The notes under the pieces were generated by a model. That model saw only the letters and a program-made list of their open reading frames with translations, was not told the origin of the DNA and did no database searches. From an uncultured Methylomirabilota bacterium (GTDB lineage Bacteria > Methylomirabilota > Methylomirabilia > Methylomirabilales > 2-02-FULL-66-22), in assembly GCA_963705305.1 (NCBI GenBank), contig OY970067.1, forward strand, positions 1,472,001 through 1,536,000: DNA of 64,000 nucleotides. The letters are read 5' to 3'. Of the stretch, positions 31,900-41,300 are shown piece after piece (the stretch's first letter is position 1; the number at the start of each line of letters is the position of its first letter). A program made the translations under genes and the position numbers.

Positions 31900-32922
31900 A
31901 TGCGAACGACGCAATTGTGGCGGGGTTGGACCGCAGCGCTGGTGATCGGCTGGCTGGCAGTGGGGGCGTTGGCCGCCCTGCCGGCCTCGGCCGGGCAGGC
32001 GGCATCCGGATCGGGGCGGGCCGGCGATCACGCGCCGCCGCTCTCCGATCGAGAGGCCATTCAGGCCGAGCTGGGCCGGCCGATGAGCGAGCTGCGGTCG
32101 TGGTCCACTCAGGCGTTGCAGGCGTACATCCAGCGGCTGGCGCACCTCTCCGCCTCCCTGGAGGCGACGACGGATGTTCCGCCGGCGGAGCACCAGAGCC
32201 TGACCGAGCAGCTGCTGGCCCGCACGGCCCAGGTGGCCCTCCTCGTCCGCCAGCGCTCGGGGGAGGTCCCGCCGGCCGAGCGGGCGGCCCGTCCGTCCGC
32301 AGTCGGCACCGCCCAGGCGGTGCTGGGAAAGCTGGCGGAGGCGCTGCAGGACAACTCGCTCCTGTTCATTGCCCTGTTGGGGGGGACGCTGGTCGTCTTC
32401 GCGATCGGAAATCTGGCGGGCTATCGCCGTGGGGCCCGTCAGGCCTCGTACTATGGGGAGGGCGACCCGCGGATCCGGTTCCTGGTCCGCCCCTCCGCCA
32501 CGCCGGAGCAGCCCGGGGAATCGATCCGAGTCACCCTGCCGCAGATACGCGACCGGCTGGCCAGCGGGCGCATGGTCATGCTCCAGCTCGGCTACGAGGT
32601 TGCGCCCGCACACCGCCCGCGCTTCCTGGCGCTGGTGGACGATGTCGCGGGAGTTCTGAGCGAGATCGAGGGGCTGACCTACACGGTGTGGGAGGACCCG
32701 CGGCATCCCAACCGGTTCTACGAGCTGCTGGTCTGTCACCGTGTGGCGGCTCTCGACCGCCTCACCGCGACCGAGGCGCGTCTCGCCCACCTGGCTCAGG
32801 CGGTAGAGGCCTGCCGGGTTTCCGGCGGGCCGGTGCTGCGGCGGGCCTGGCTGGCGGTGCTGCCCCAGTCCGGAAAGACCGCCGCATCTCCCGCCGCCCC
32901 GGACGCCTCGCAGCTGCGCTGA
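31900..32922 (+). CDS. Hypothetical membrane protein with a C-terminal dimeric alpha/beta-barrel-like domain
   Basis: Signal-like N-terminus, one internal TM, C-terminal YEVAP...FL...YTVWEDPRHPNRFYE pattern. Confidence 0.6.
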   Translation: MRTTQLWRGWTAALVIGWLAVGALAALPASAGQAASGSGRAGDHAPPLSDREAIQAELGRPMSELRSWSTQALQAYIQRLAHLSASLEATTDVPPAEHQSLTEQLLARTAQVALLVRQRSGEVPPAERAARPSAVGTAQAVLGKLAEALQDNSLLFIALLGGTLVVFAIGNLAGYRRGARQASYYGEGDPRIRFLVRPSATPEQPGESIRVTLPQIRDRLASGRMVMLQLGYEVAPAHRPRFLALVDDVAGVLSEIEGLTYTVWEDPRHPNRFYELLVCHRVAALDRLTATEARLAHLAQAVEACRVSGGPVLRRAWLAVLPQSGKTAASPAAPDASQLR

Positions 32923-33130
32923 GAGAGGCGGCCTAGAGCCCTGTGAGGCAGAGAGGCCGTGTCCCCGTGAAGGCACGCCGGCCGACGCTTCCTGTGAATT
33001 CTGCCGAGGAGGCCGGAGCCGGGCGGGCGGTTTCGAGGCTCTTGCGGGAGAGACGGACAGCCGTTTAGGCGGGTGGCGCGAGGACCGGCGCTGGGTCAGG
33101 GAAAGTCGAGTCGTGGGCTCGGCGATCGAA

Positions 33131-33325
33131 TCAGCGGGCGGCTCTCTTCCCGCCCAGCCAGGCCGCCGGGACCTTGCCGGTGCCGCCACACATGCCGCAG
33201 GCGGCGTTGGGGGCCCATTGCTTGGGAACCTTGGAATTCTGGGGCCACTCGAACCGACCGCGCCCGCCGCAGCCGGGACAGGGCACCATCTGCTCTTGCG
33301 AAGCAGGCGCGACCATCGTCATCAT
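33131..33325 (-). CDS. Small protein with two DnaJ-type CxxCxGxG motifs
   Basis: CPGCGGRG and CGMCGGTG in 64 aa. Confidence 0.65.
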   Translation of the reverse strand: MMTMVAPASQEQMVPCPGCGGRGRFEWPQNSKVPKQWAPNAACGMCGGTGKVPAAWLGGKRAAR

Positions 33326-33365
33326 CCCCGCCAGAGGGAATGCGGCCGGAGCGGGCGCCTGAGGC

Positions 33366-33683
33366 TTACGTCAGGTCTCCAAACCAGCGGTTGAAGATGA
33401 CCTTGACGTCCGGTCCTGCAGCCCCGGTGCCGTACACCCCGTCCGCCACCCCGTCCACCCCCCGGACCTGAAACAGTGTGAAATGCTTGCGCTCTTCCCC
33501 GGCGGCGATAAACCGGGGGAACCAGGTGAGATCGCAGAAGCGGTGCAGGCCCTCCGCGGGAATCGCTCCCGCAGGTCCGGCGGCGCCGCGGTGCCGGGCG
33601 GTCAGCCGGGGCTGCGAACTGCGCCCCCGCGCGGCCTCGATCTCCGTGCAGGACTCGACCTCCCAGATATCCACCGCCCCCAT
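33366..33683 (-). CDS. Hypothetical protein
   Basis: AGGAGG RBS before ATG 33683; 105 aa. Confidence 0.5.
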   Translation of the reverse strand: MGAVDIWEVESCTEIEAARGRSSQPRLTARHRGAAGPAGAIPAEGLHRFCDLTWFPRFIAAGEERKHFTLFQVRGVDGVADGVYGTGAAGPDVKVIFNRWFGDLT

Positions 33684-33851
33684 GCGGATCCTCCTTGGCA
33701 TCGTCAGCACCGGACGCCCCAGATGGGCCGCCGTCCGGCCGTCCCCTCGGTGACGGTCGAGGCCTTCCCTCGGTGCCGCGATCGATCCGGCGCCCGAAGG
33801 TGGAAACCGGGCGAGAGGCATGGCAGGAGAACCCACCCGGCTGGAACAGCA

Positions 33852-33929
33852 TGGCGTGCCCGACGCGATTTGAACGCGTGACCTTCGGCTCCGCAGGCCG
33901 ACGCTCTATCCAAGCTGAGCTACGGGCAC
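33852..33929 (-). tRNA. tRNA-Arg(GCG), CCA encoded
   Basis: Acceptor stem GTGCCCG/CGGGCAC, D-arm GCTC..GAGC, anticodon arm TCGGC-CTGCGGA-GCCGA, T-loop TTCAAAT, 3' GCCA. Confidence 0.95.
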
Positions 33930-34069
33930 TCGAATGGTTCGGCCGATACACATGTGATAGGAAATCTTACCCCGGAAGCCTATCGTGCGTCCAGCAAAAG
34001 CTGCCGGGGAGCCTCCGGCGGTGCGCCGTCCCGCCGCCGCGCAGGCACAGGTCCCGGGCCAGGATCGGG

Positions 34070-35185
34070 TCAGGCGGCAGGCGGGAAGCACTTGATGACT
34101 TCGAGGGAGGCGCCCTCCGCCGCCTCGAAGGACGCGTGACGGGAGAGGGCCGGGACAAAGAACGTCCCTCCGGCTTGGAGGGGGAGGTCGATCCCGTCGC
34201 CGCGCAGGCGCCCGCGACCCGCCGTCACGATCCCGACGTAGCAACGTCCCCGGTCCCGATCCGGCACCGCCTCTCGCACGCTGAGGCGGCTCACCCCGAA
34301 GCATGGCGTATGCTGGGGGCCGATGAGCAGCTCTTCCGTGCCGTGCGGATCTTCGGCCAGCGTTCGGGGGGCCAGCGTGTGTCGGCTGACAAACGCCTCG
34401 CCTGCCGCGCGGTAGTCGAAGCAGCGCATTCCCAGATCGAAATCCAGACCCATGAAGCACTGGGCCTCGGTCCGGCGGATCTCGCCGAAGGAGTACTCGG
34501 CGTTGACAACCAGGTCGGTGGGCTCCTGCACCTCGATGAGGAAGACGCCCGGCCCGATGGCGTGGGCGGTTCCCGCGGTGACGAGGTACACCTCGCCCGG
34601 GCGGACCTCGATTCGGTTGAGGGCCGCGACCATGGCCGGGATGTCCTGGGCCTTGGCGGCCCGGCGGAAATCGGCCTCGGTCACCCCGTCGCGGAAACCG
34701 AAGAGGATGTGGGGCGTGTCCACACCGATGGTTCGCGTGGCCAGGACGAGCCAGGACTCGGTCTTGCCGAAGGTCGAGCCGAGGTGCTGGCGGGCAAAGA
34801 CGCGATCCGGGTGGGACTGGATGGGCAGGCGCATGGCCGAGTCCAGGAGCTTGCAGAGGACTCCCAGCTCCCGGCCATGGCGGGCCACGTGAGCGGCCCC
34901 CAGCATGGCCTCCGGGAATTGCTCGATCAGCGTTCTGAGGAGGATCGTTCCGCTGCCGGGCAGCGTCACGCGGCTCAACCCCTCTTCGGGAGGCCGGTTG
35001 GGAAGCTTGGTGACCGTGGTGGAGCCGACCCAGTCCTCCGGAAAGTGACCGTCCTCCGGCCGCTGCACGCCTTGAAACCGGTCCAGCAGGGCCCCGCCCC
35101 GCCAGCGACGGTACACGCGGTTCTGCGCCAGCGGCAGCGGGCGGCGCGTCAGAGGCTCGAGCGATGCGGGGGGCTGAGAGGGCAT
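34070..35185 (-). CDS. Class I mannose-6-phosphate isomerase-like cupin
   Basis: PEDWVGS, KLLDS..RLPIQSHPD, GKTESW, HAIGPG...EVQEPTD. Confidence 0.8.
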   Translation of the reverse strand: MPSQPPASLEPLTRRPLPLAQNRVYRRWRGGALLDRFQGVQRPEDGHFPEDWVGSTTVTKLPNRPPEEGLSRVTLPGSGTILLRTLIEQFPEAMLGAAHVARHGRELGVLCKLLDSAMRLPIQSHPDRVFARQHLGSTFGKTESWLVLATRTIGVDTPHILFGFRDGVTEADFRRAAKAQDIPAMVAALNRIEVRPGEVYLVTAGTAHAIGPGVFLIEVQEPTDLVVNAEYSFGEIRRTEAQCFMGLDFDLGMRCFDYRAAGEAFVSRHTLAPRTLAEDPHGTEELLIGPQHTPCFGVSRLSVREAVPDRDRGRCYVGIVTAGRGRLRGDGIDLPLQAGGTFFVPALSRHASFEAAEGASLEVIKCFPPAA

Positions 35186-35231
35186 GGCTTCATCCTCTCC
35201 GGGCATTGAGATTGAAAGCCGCGCTGCACTT

Positions 35232-35298
35232 CGTCACCCCGGTGAAAACCGGGGTCCAGGGTCGGTCCGCCTGGATTCCGGCTTCCGCCGGAATGACG
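35232..35298. repeat. REP-like inverted doublet
   Basis: CGTCACCCCGGTGAAAACCGGGGTCCAGG ... CCTGGATTCCGGCTTCCGCCGGAATGACG, each unit an internal hairpin. Confidence 0.7.
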
Positions 35299-35532
35299 TG
35301 CCTGACACCCTGCGTGCGGGTCCCGCGAACGTCGGGAAGCGTTGGAACAATTCGCGCAGTAACGCATGCGTATACTCCCTCTCGCCGGGGGCCGCGTGGG
35401 TCCAGTCTCCCCCAGCGGCGACCGCGTGTCAACCGTCGCGCCTCGGGCTATGCCGGGGCGTCCCGTTGGAGTATGATGCCTCGGAGCGGCATGAGTCAGG
35501 CGTCGCGGAAACCCCGAGCGAGGAGGAGACAG

Positions 35533-36006
35533 ATGTCCGGCCAGGTTGCCTACACATCGCACGTGCGGATCGAGCGGGTGAAGGGCCCGCTGCGGCGGGC
35601 CTATCTGCCGGTGGAGACACAGCCGACCCTGTTCGGCGTGCACTCCGAGGTGGCGCAGCATTACGGCGTGGACCCCGCCGTCCACGAGCCCCACGCCACC
35701 ACCCTGGACTATATCGTCGCGGCCGCCGCCGGGTGACTCACGGGAACCTTCGGGGGCGCGCTGGAGGCGCGCGGGATTCCGGCGGGGGAAGGCCGGCTGG
35801 TCTCGGAGGCCACCGGCGAGATCGAGGCAGACGGGCGGGTGCTGGTGATCCGCCGCATTCACGTGCGCTATCGGCTGAAGCTGGAGCCGGAGAAGCGCGA
35901 GGCGGCGGAGCGGGTGCTTCGGATCCACGCCGATCACTGCCCGGTCGCCCGCAGCATCGGCGGCTGCATCGCCATCTCGACCTCGCTCGAGATGCAGGAT
36001 GCGTGA
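35533..36006 (+). CDS. OsmC/Ohr-like selenoprotein
   Basis: AGGAGG RBS. ...TLDYIVAAAAG-TGA(35734)-LTGTFGGALEARGI...HADHCPVARSI*. The frame stays open for 89 more codons and TGA aligns with the OsmC first catalytic Cys. Confidence 0.88.
35743..35780 (+). promoter_or_regulatory. Candidate bacterial SECIS hairpin
   Basis: Apical stem GCGCGC-TGGAG-GCGCGC (35756-35772), lower stem GGAA/TTCC; the loop starts 25 nt after the TGA. Confidence 0.6.
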
Positions 36007-36071
36007 TGGCGGGAGGCGGTCGCCCCGGCCGGCCGCCGTCCGGCCGGTCGCGGGGCGCGGGAGGACTCCAG

Positions 36072-36650
36072 ATGCGCCAGATGCGGAGGGCGACGGAAAC
36101 GAGCCGGTCCGCCCGGCGGCGGGTCAGCCCGACAGGGGCCGCGTGGCTCCTGGCAGCCGGGCTGCTCGTAGCGGCAGGCGCGGCCCAGGCCCTGGACCTA
36201 TCCAGTCCGGGCTTTCCGGCGGGTGGGGAGATTCCGGCGACCTACACCTGCGACGGGGTAGACAGGTCGCCGGCCCTGCGGTGGGGCGACGTGCCGGCGG
36301 GCGTCAAGGAGTTCGCGCTGATCGTGGACGATCCCGACGCGCCGGGGGGTGTCTGGGTCCACTGGGTGCTCTATGGGATTCCGGCGGACGTGCGGTCCCT
36401 CCCCGAGGGGGTCCCGCCGAGAGACGCCGTCCCGGGGTCCGGGATCCAGGGCGTGAATGATTTCCGGCGGACAGGCTATGGGGGCCCCTGTCCGCCGCAC
36501 GGACCGGCCCACCGGTACGTCTTCACCCTGTATGCCCTGGACAGCCGATTGGACCTCAGGCCGGGCCTGACCAAGGCGGATCTGCTGAAGGTGATGGAGG
36601 GCCACATCCTGGCCCGCGGCGAGATCGTGGGGCGCTACAAACGCCGCTGA
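36072..36650 (+). CDS. YbhB/YbcL (PEBP) family protein with a signal peptide
   Basis: YTCDG..SPAL.W, DDPDAP, WVHWV, GYGGPCPP, HRYVF.LYALD. Confidence 0.92.
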   Translation: MRQMRRATETSRSARRRVSPTGAAWLLAAGLLVAAGAAQALDLSSPGFPAGGEIPATYTCDGVDRSPALRWGDVPAGVKEFALIVDDPDAPGGVWVHWVLYGIPADVRSLPEGVPPRDAVPGSGIQGVNDFRRTGYGGPCPPHGPAHRYVFTLYALDSRLDLRPGLTKADLLKVMEGHILARGEIVGRYKRR

Positions 36651-36673
36651 GGGCGCGGGCCGTTCCGGGGCGA

Positions 36674-37195
36674 TCAGGCCCGGTCGCCCAGCAGCTTCTC
36701 CATGATGACGATGTCCACCCGGCGGCCGTCCAGGAGACCCTGCTCCTTGTAGATTCCCACCTCCCGAAAGCCGGCCGCCCGGTAGAGCGCCATCCCGCCC
36801 GGGTTAAAGGGGAAGGCCGCCAGGACTAGCTTGTGATACCCGAGGTCTCGAGCCCGCTCGGTGAGGGCCTGGAGCAGCCGTCCCCCCACGCCGCGGCCGC
36901 GCCAGGAGCGCTCGACGTAGAGCGAGAAGTCGGCCACGTAATCGTACGCCTTCCGGGGATTGAACGAGTTCAGGCTGCCGAACCCGACCACCCGACCGTC
37001 CGTCTCGGCCACCAGGACGGGATGCCGGGGCCCCCGTGCCTGGAGCCAGGCCCGCCGCTCTTCGACTGGCCGTTCCTCCGTCTCGAGGGTGGCGGTCCGG
37101 TCAACGATCCCCTGGTTGTAGATCAGGGCGATGGCCGGCGCGTCCTCCAGGACGGCCTCCCGGATGCGGATATCTTTCACTTCGCGGCCGGACAT
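36674..37195 (-). CDS. GNAT N-acetyltransferase, phosphinothricin/arsinothricin (ArsN1-like) group
   Basis: IYNQGIVDRTATLE, RGRGVG, YHKLVLAAFPFN, GFREVGIYKEQGLLDG. Confidence 0.85.
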   Translation of the reverse strand: MSGREVKDIRIREAVLEDAPAIALIYNQGIVDRTATLETEERPVEERRAWLQARGPRHPVLVAETDGRVVGFGSLNSFNPRKAYDYVADFSLYVERSWRGRGVGGRLLQALTERARDLGYHKLVLAAFPFNPGGMALYRAAGFREVGIYKEQGLLDGRRVDIVIMEKLLGDRA

Positions 37196-37425
37196 GGCTC
37201 CTCCTTCGTGTCGATCGGCTGCCATTGTAGGCGGTCGTTCGGCCGTGTCAACCGCTACGGGCGGATTCGCGTGCTGCGACCGGCGGCAGCTCGCCGCGGG
37301 TTTTTTCTTGACGCCTGGGGACCGGGCAGGGGATGCTCTGGCTCCGATCCAGCCGCCGACTTGGTTCATTCCCGTCGGTTGCCATACCCCCGGTTCCGGG
37401 TCCACACGCGCGAGGGGACACACGC

Positions 37426-38528
37426 ATGGATCCCTGCTACCGCATTCAGGACGTTCGAGCAGCTCGAGACGCCGGCCCTGGTCTTCTACGAGGATCAGAT
37501 CCGCCGGAACATCGCCCACATGGGCGAGCGGCTGGGCGGCTACGCCCGCCTGCGGCCGCACATCAAGACCCACAAGTGCCGGGAGGTTCTCGACCTCCAG
37601 ATGGCGGCCGGCATCCAGCGCTTCAAGTGCGCCACCATCAAAGAGGCCGAGATGGCCGCGGGCGCCGGGGCAGCGGAGGTGCTGGTCGCGTATCCGGTGG
37701 TCGGCCCGATGGCGGGGCGGGTGGCGGCCCTGCAGAGACGGTACCCGCTCGTCCGGTTCGACGTCTCTGGCGGATGCGCCCGCGCTCATCCCGCCGCTGT
37801 CGCAGGCGGCGGCCAAAGAAGGGGTCGAGCTGGGAGTCATGGTGGACTTGAATGCCGGCCTGGATCGGACGGGCGTGGCCTCGCCGGCGGGGGCGGCGGC
37901 GCTGGCGCGGGCCATCCAGGACGCGCCCGGGCTGCGCTTCGCCGGGCTGCACGGCTACGGCAGCCGGCCGGCCCGCGGTGAGGCGGAAGAGCGGGAGCGG
38001 GTGTACCGGGACGCCATCCAAGCGACTGTGGCGATGCGACGTGGGCTGGAGGCCGCCGGCATCCCGGTGCCCCGCGTGACGGTCGGAAACTCGCTGGACT
38101 ATCACCTGGCGGCGGAGATGGATGGGGTGGACGAGGTGTCTCCGGGAACCTGGATCCTCTGGGACAAGGGGTACGAGGATCTGCTGCCCGGGCACTTCGC
38201 CTGGGCCGCCCTGGTGATCGGCCGGGTGATCAGCCGGCCGACAGCCAGCCTGTTCGCGGTGGATGCCGGCTATAAGTCCGTGTCGGCCGATCCCGCCATC
38301 CCGCATGCCCAGGTGATCTCCGTGCCAGGGAGCGAGGTGGTGGGGCGCTGGGAGGAGCATCTGCTGGTCCGCCTGCCCGACGCCTCGGCGGAGCCCACAG
38401 TCGGGACGCCGATCTACGTCGTCCCGGTCCACGTCTGCTCGACGGTGAACCTGTGGGACGAGGCCGTGGTGGTGAACGGGCAGGGGCAGGTGGCCGGCCG
38501 TTGGAAGATCGCCGCCCGCGGACACTGA
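37426..38528 (+). CDS. D-threonine aldolase/DSD1-family PLP enzyme with two +1 frameshifts (37454, 37766)
   Basis: LETPAL, LRPHIKTHK, CATIKEAE, RTGV, DAGYKS, EEHL, PVHVCSTVNL spread over three frames. Removing two bases gives 367 codons. Confidence 0.85.
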
Positions 38529-38847
38529 GCATCGGTGTGAGCGGCTGACACGAGGGACGGAAGGCCAGGCACTCGCTCGCATCTGCGCGACATGATCACG
38601 GCACGGGAAACAGACGGGCGGGATCGAATTCCAGCGTGCGCCGGAAAGAACACTTGCAGGATTTCTTTGTACAGCCTGCCGAGTGATGCGGGCCCCGCGG
38701 CCGCACCCGTTGACAGCCCCATCCCTAGAACTTCTGTCTCTATGGACGGCGAATTTTCCCGCTTGACAGGATAATTCGCTGGTGATACGTGTAAAACTCC
38801 AATAAGAATTGGTGTAAGACTATATAAAGTATATTACTGTAAATACA

Positions 38848-39492
38848 ATGACTTACAAAAAAGTAACGCGACATAACAAGATTTTTGAGACCATCCGCGA
38901 TCGGATCGTCTACATGGACTATCCCCCGGGAATGGGCCTGACCGAAAAAGAGCTCTGCCAGGAATTCAAAGTCAGTCGAACCCCCCTGCGAGAGGCGATT
39001 CGAAAGCTTGAGGAGATGAAGCTCGTCAACGTCATCCCTCGCTTTGGGACGTACGTTTCGCCTATTGATATCAATGAGATACGGTGCGCCTTCGAAGTCA
39101 AGATAAAGCTCGAGGGCCTGGCGGGAGAGCTGGCCGCCAAGCGCATTACCGCCGATAAGCTGGAGGAAATGAGCGGGCTGGTCGCGGATGCGGATCGGAT
39201 ATTGGAAGACGGTGAGCACCGAAGCCTCATCGGGCTGGATGCGCGCTTCCACGAGATCATTTATGTGGCTACGCAAAACACCATTCTCCAGGAATTTCTG
39301 GAGAACCTCCACAGCCGCTGCGCGCGCCTGTGGGGCTCATCGCTGAGCGAGGTCATCCCGAGCCGGGAGGTCATTGACCAGCTTCGCGGCATTCAGTCGG
39401 CCCTCCACGAAAAGGACGGCAAGAAAGCCGGGCAGCTCATGGAAGCCCACGTCCAATATTTCATCGACAGGATCAAGATGCAGCTCCTCTGA
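38848..39492 (+). CDS. GntR-family (FCD) transcriptional regulator
   Basis: LTEKELCQEFKVSRTPLREAI wHTH; D.RFH and H motifs of the FCD domain. Confidence 0.95.
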   Translation: MTYKKVTRHNKIFETIRDRIVYMDYPPGMGLTEKELCQEFKVSRTPLREAIRKLEEMKLVNVIPRFGTYVSPIDINEIRCAFEVKIKLEGLAGELAAKRITADKLEEMSGLVADADRILEDGEHRSLIGLDARFHEIIYVATQNTILQEFLENLHSRCARLWGSSLSEVIPSREVIDQLRGIQSALHEKDGKKAGQLMEAHVQYFIDRIKMQLL

Positions 39493-39524
39493 CCAGCGGC
39501 GCTCGCGCCGAAGGAGGGAATCCT

Positions 39525-39929
39525 ATGCAGGTGCTCAACGTCAATGACCGGAAGGACACGAAGATCCAGACCTTCCCCTACAAGGGGAAGCCGCTCGAGG
39601 TCAAAGATGTCTGGATTCGATGGCTCTCCCAGGCGGGGCCGGATGGATCCCCGGAGTATGGGCTTCGGTTCTTCACCATCGGTCCATCGGGATTCATTCC
39701 GATCCACAACCACCTGTATCACCAGACCATGTACATCCTGACCGGCCGCATGAGCTGCGTGTGCCATGACCCCACGACCGACGAGGTCGTGGAGGAGAAG
39801 CTCGTGGGCCCCAACGACTTCATCTACGTGCCGAGCATGGAGCCTCACAGCATGAGGAATCTGAGCGACTCAGAGCCCGCGACGTTCCTGTGTTGTATTG
39901 CCAACGTGTACGAGGACGAGCGGGACTGA
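39525..39929 (+). CDS. Cupin domain protein
   Basis: PIHNHLYHQ...YIL.G and DFIYVPSMEPHSMRN motifs. Confidence 0.85.
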   Translation: MQVLNVNDRKDTKIQTFPYKGKPLEVKDVWIRWLSQAGPDGSPEYGLRFFTIGPSGFIPIHNHLYHQTMYILTGRMSCVCHDPTTDEVVEEKLVGPNDFIYVPSMEPHSMRNLSDSEPATFLCCIANVYEDERD

Positions 39930-39947
39930 GAGGAAAGGAGACGAACC

Positions 39948-41108
39948 GTGAGAGTTGCGTCGCGATTGGAGGCTTTCCGAGCGTACTTGGGCACCGAGAT
40001 GAACGTGCGCCTCACCCGAATGCGCAGCGAAGGGCGGGACGTCATCAATCTCGGGCTGGGGGATCCCGATGTCACGCCCCCGCCCCACCTGCTGCATGCC
40101 CTGCAGGAGGCGGTGGGCGCCCCGGACCATCACCATTACCCCAGCTTCTATTCCAACCGGCCTCTCAAGGAGGCCATCGCCGGGTGGTACGGGAGGCGCT
40201 TCGCAGTCGAGCTGGATCCGGATACCGAAGTCCTTCCGCTCCTGGGCTCCAGCGAGGGGCTGTTCATCATCCACCTGTGCCTGCTGGACCCAGGCGACAC
40301 GGCCCTGGTGCCGGATCCCTGCTATCCCTCGTACGTGGCGGGGGTGAAGCTTGCCGGGGGCCAGGTGGAGCCGATCCCCCTGCTCCGGAAGAACGGATTT
40401 CTCCCGGATCTGGAGTCGATCCCGTCCGATGTTGCCAAGCGGGCCCGGATGATCTGGGTCAACTACCCGAATAACCCGACGGCGGCGGTGGCCCCGCCCG
40501 AATTCTACCGCCGGCTGGTGGCGTGGGCGAAGGCCGCCAACGTCATCGTCGTGCACGACAACCCGTATTCGGAGGTCGCATTCGACGGATACCGGGCACC
40601 CAGCTTCCTGCAGTTCCCCGGCGCCAAGGAGGTGGGAGTGGAGTTCCATTCCCTCTCGAAGAGCTACAACTGCTGCGGCTGGCGCACCGGGATGTTGGTG
40701 GGAAACAAGGATGTCATCGCCGGCATGGCCAAGATCAAGTCCCATTCCGACCGGGGGATGTACTACCCGATGCAGGTGGCCTCTACGGCGGCCCTGAACG
40801 GCCCGGTGGATTTCATGGCGGCTCGGAATGCAACATTCAAGGAGCGACGGGACATCGTGGTCAACGGCTTGCGCGCGGTCGGGCTGGACGTCGATCTGCC
40901 TCAGGCCACGTTCTACGTCTGGTCCACCATTCCGGCCGGGTTCATCTCCCAGGACTTCTGCTTCAAGGTGCTGGACACGATCAACGTGTGGATGATCCCC
41001 GGCTCCATGTATGGACAGTACGGCGAAGGGTACCTGCGCATCGCCTTGACCCATCCGGCGAAGCGCCTGGCGGAGGCCATGGCTCGGCTGAAGGAATTCT
41101 TGGGATAG
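39948..41108 (+). CDS. Class I/II PLP aminotransferase (LL-DAP aminotransferase-like)
   Basis: INLGLGDPD, NYPNNPT, HDNPY, HSLSKSYN..GWR. Confidence 0.9.
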   Translation: MRVASRLEAFRAYLGTEMNVRLTRMRSEGRDVINLGLGDPDVTPPPHLLHALQEAVGAPDHHHYPSFYSNRPLKEAIAGWYGRRFAVELDPDTEVLPLLGSSEGLFIIHLCLLDPGDTALVPDPCYPSYVAGVKLAGGQVEPIPLLRKNGFLPDLESIPSDVAKRARMIWVNYPNNPTAAVAPPEFYRRLVAWAKAANVIVVHDNPYSEVAFDGYRAPSFLQFPGAKEVGVEFHSLSKSYNCCGWRTGMLVGNKDVIAGMAKIKSHSDRGMYYPMQVASTAALNGPVDFMAARNATFKERRDIVVNGLRAVGLDVDLPQATFYVWSTIPAGFISQDFCFKVLDTINVWMIPGSMYGQYGEGYLRIALTHPAKRLAEAMARLKEFLG

Positions 41109-41300
41109 CCGCCGGATGCGGCCCGGGGATCACCGTCCCGAGGGGATCTCAGGTGCGCCGCCGCGGCTCGCCGAGCTCACCACACGGATCGTCACACCGG
41201 AAAGGCTGGCGGAGCGGCAGATGGCCACGCGGGAGGAGGCCGCGCCCGCGTGGCCGGGGCCTCGGGGGCCGGCAACGGCGGGGCGGCAGGCGGAGGATTC

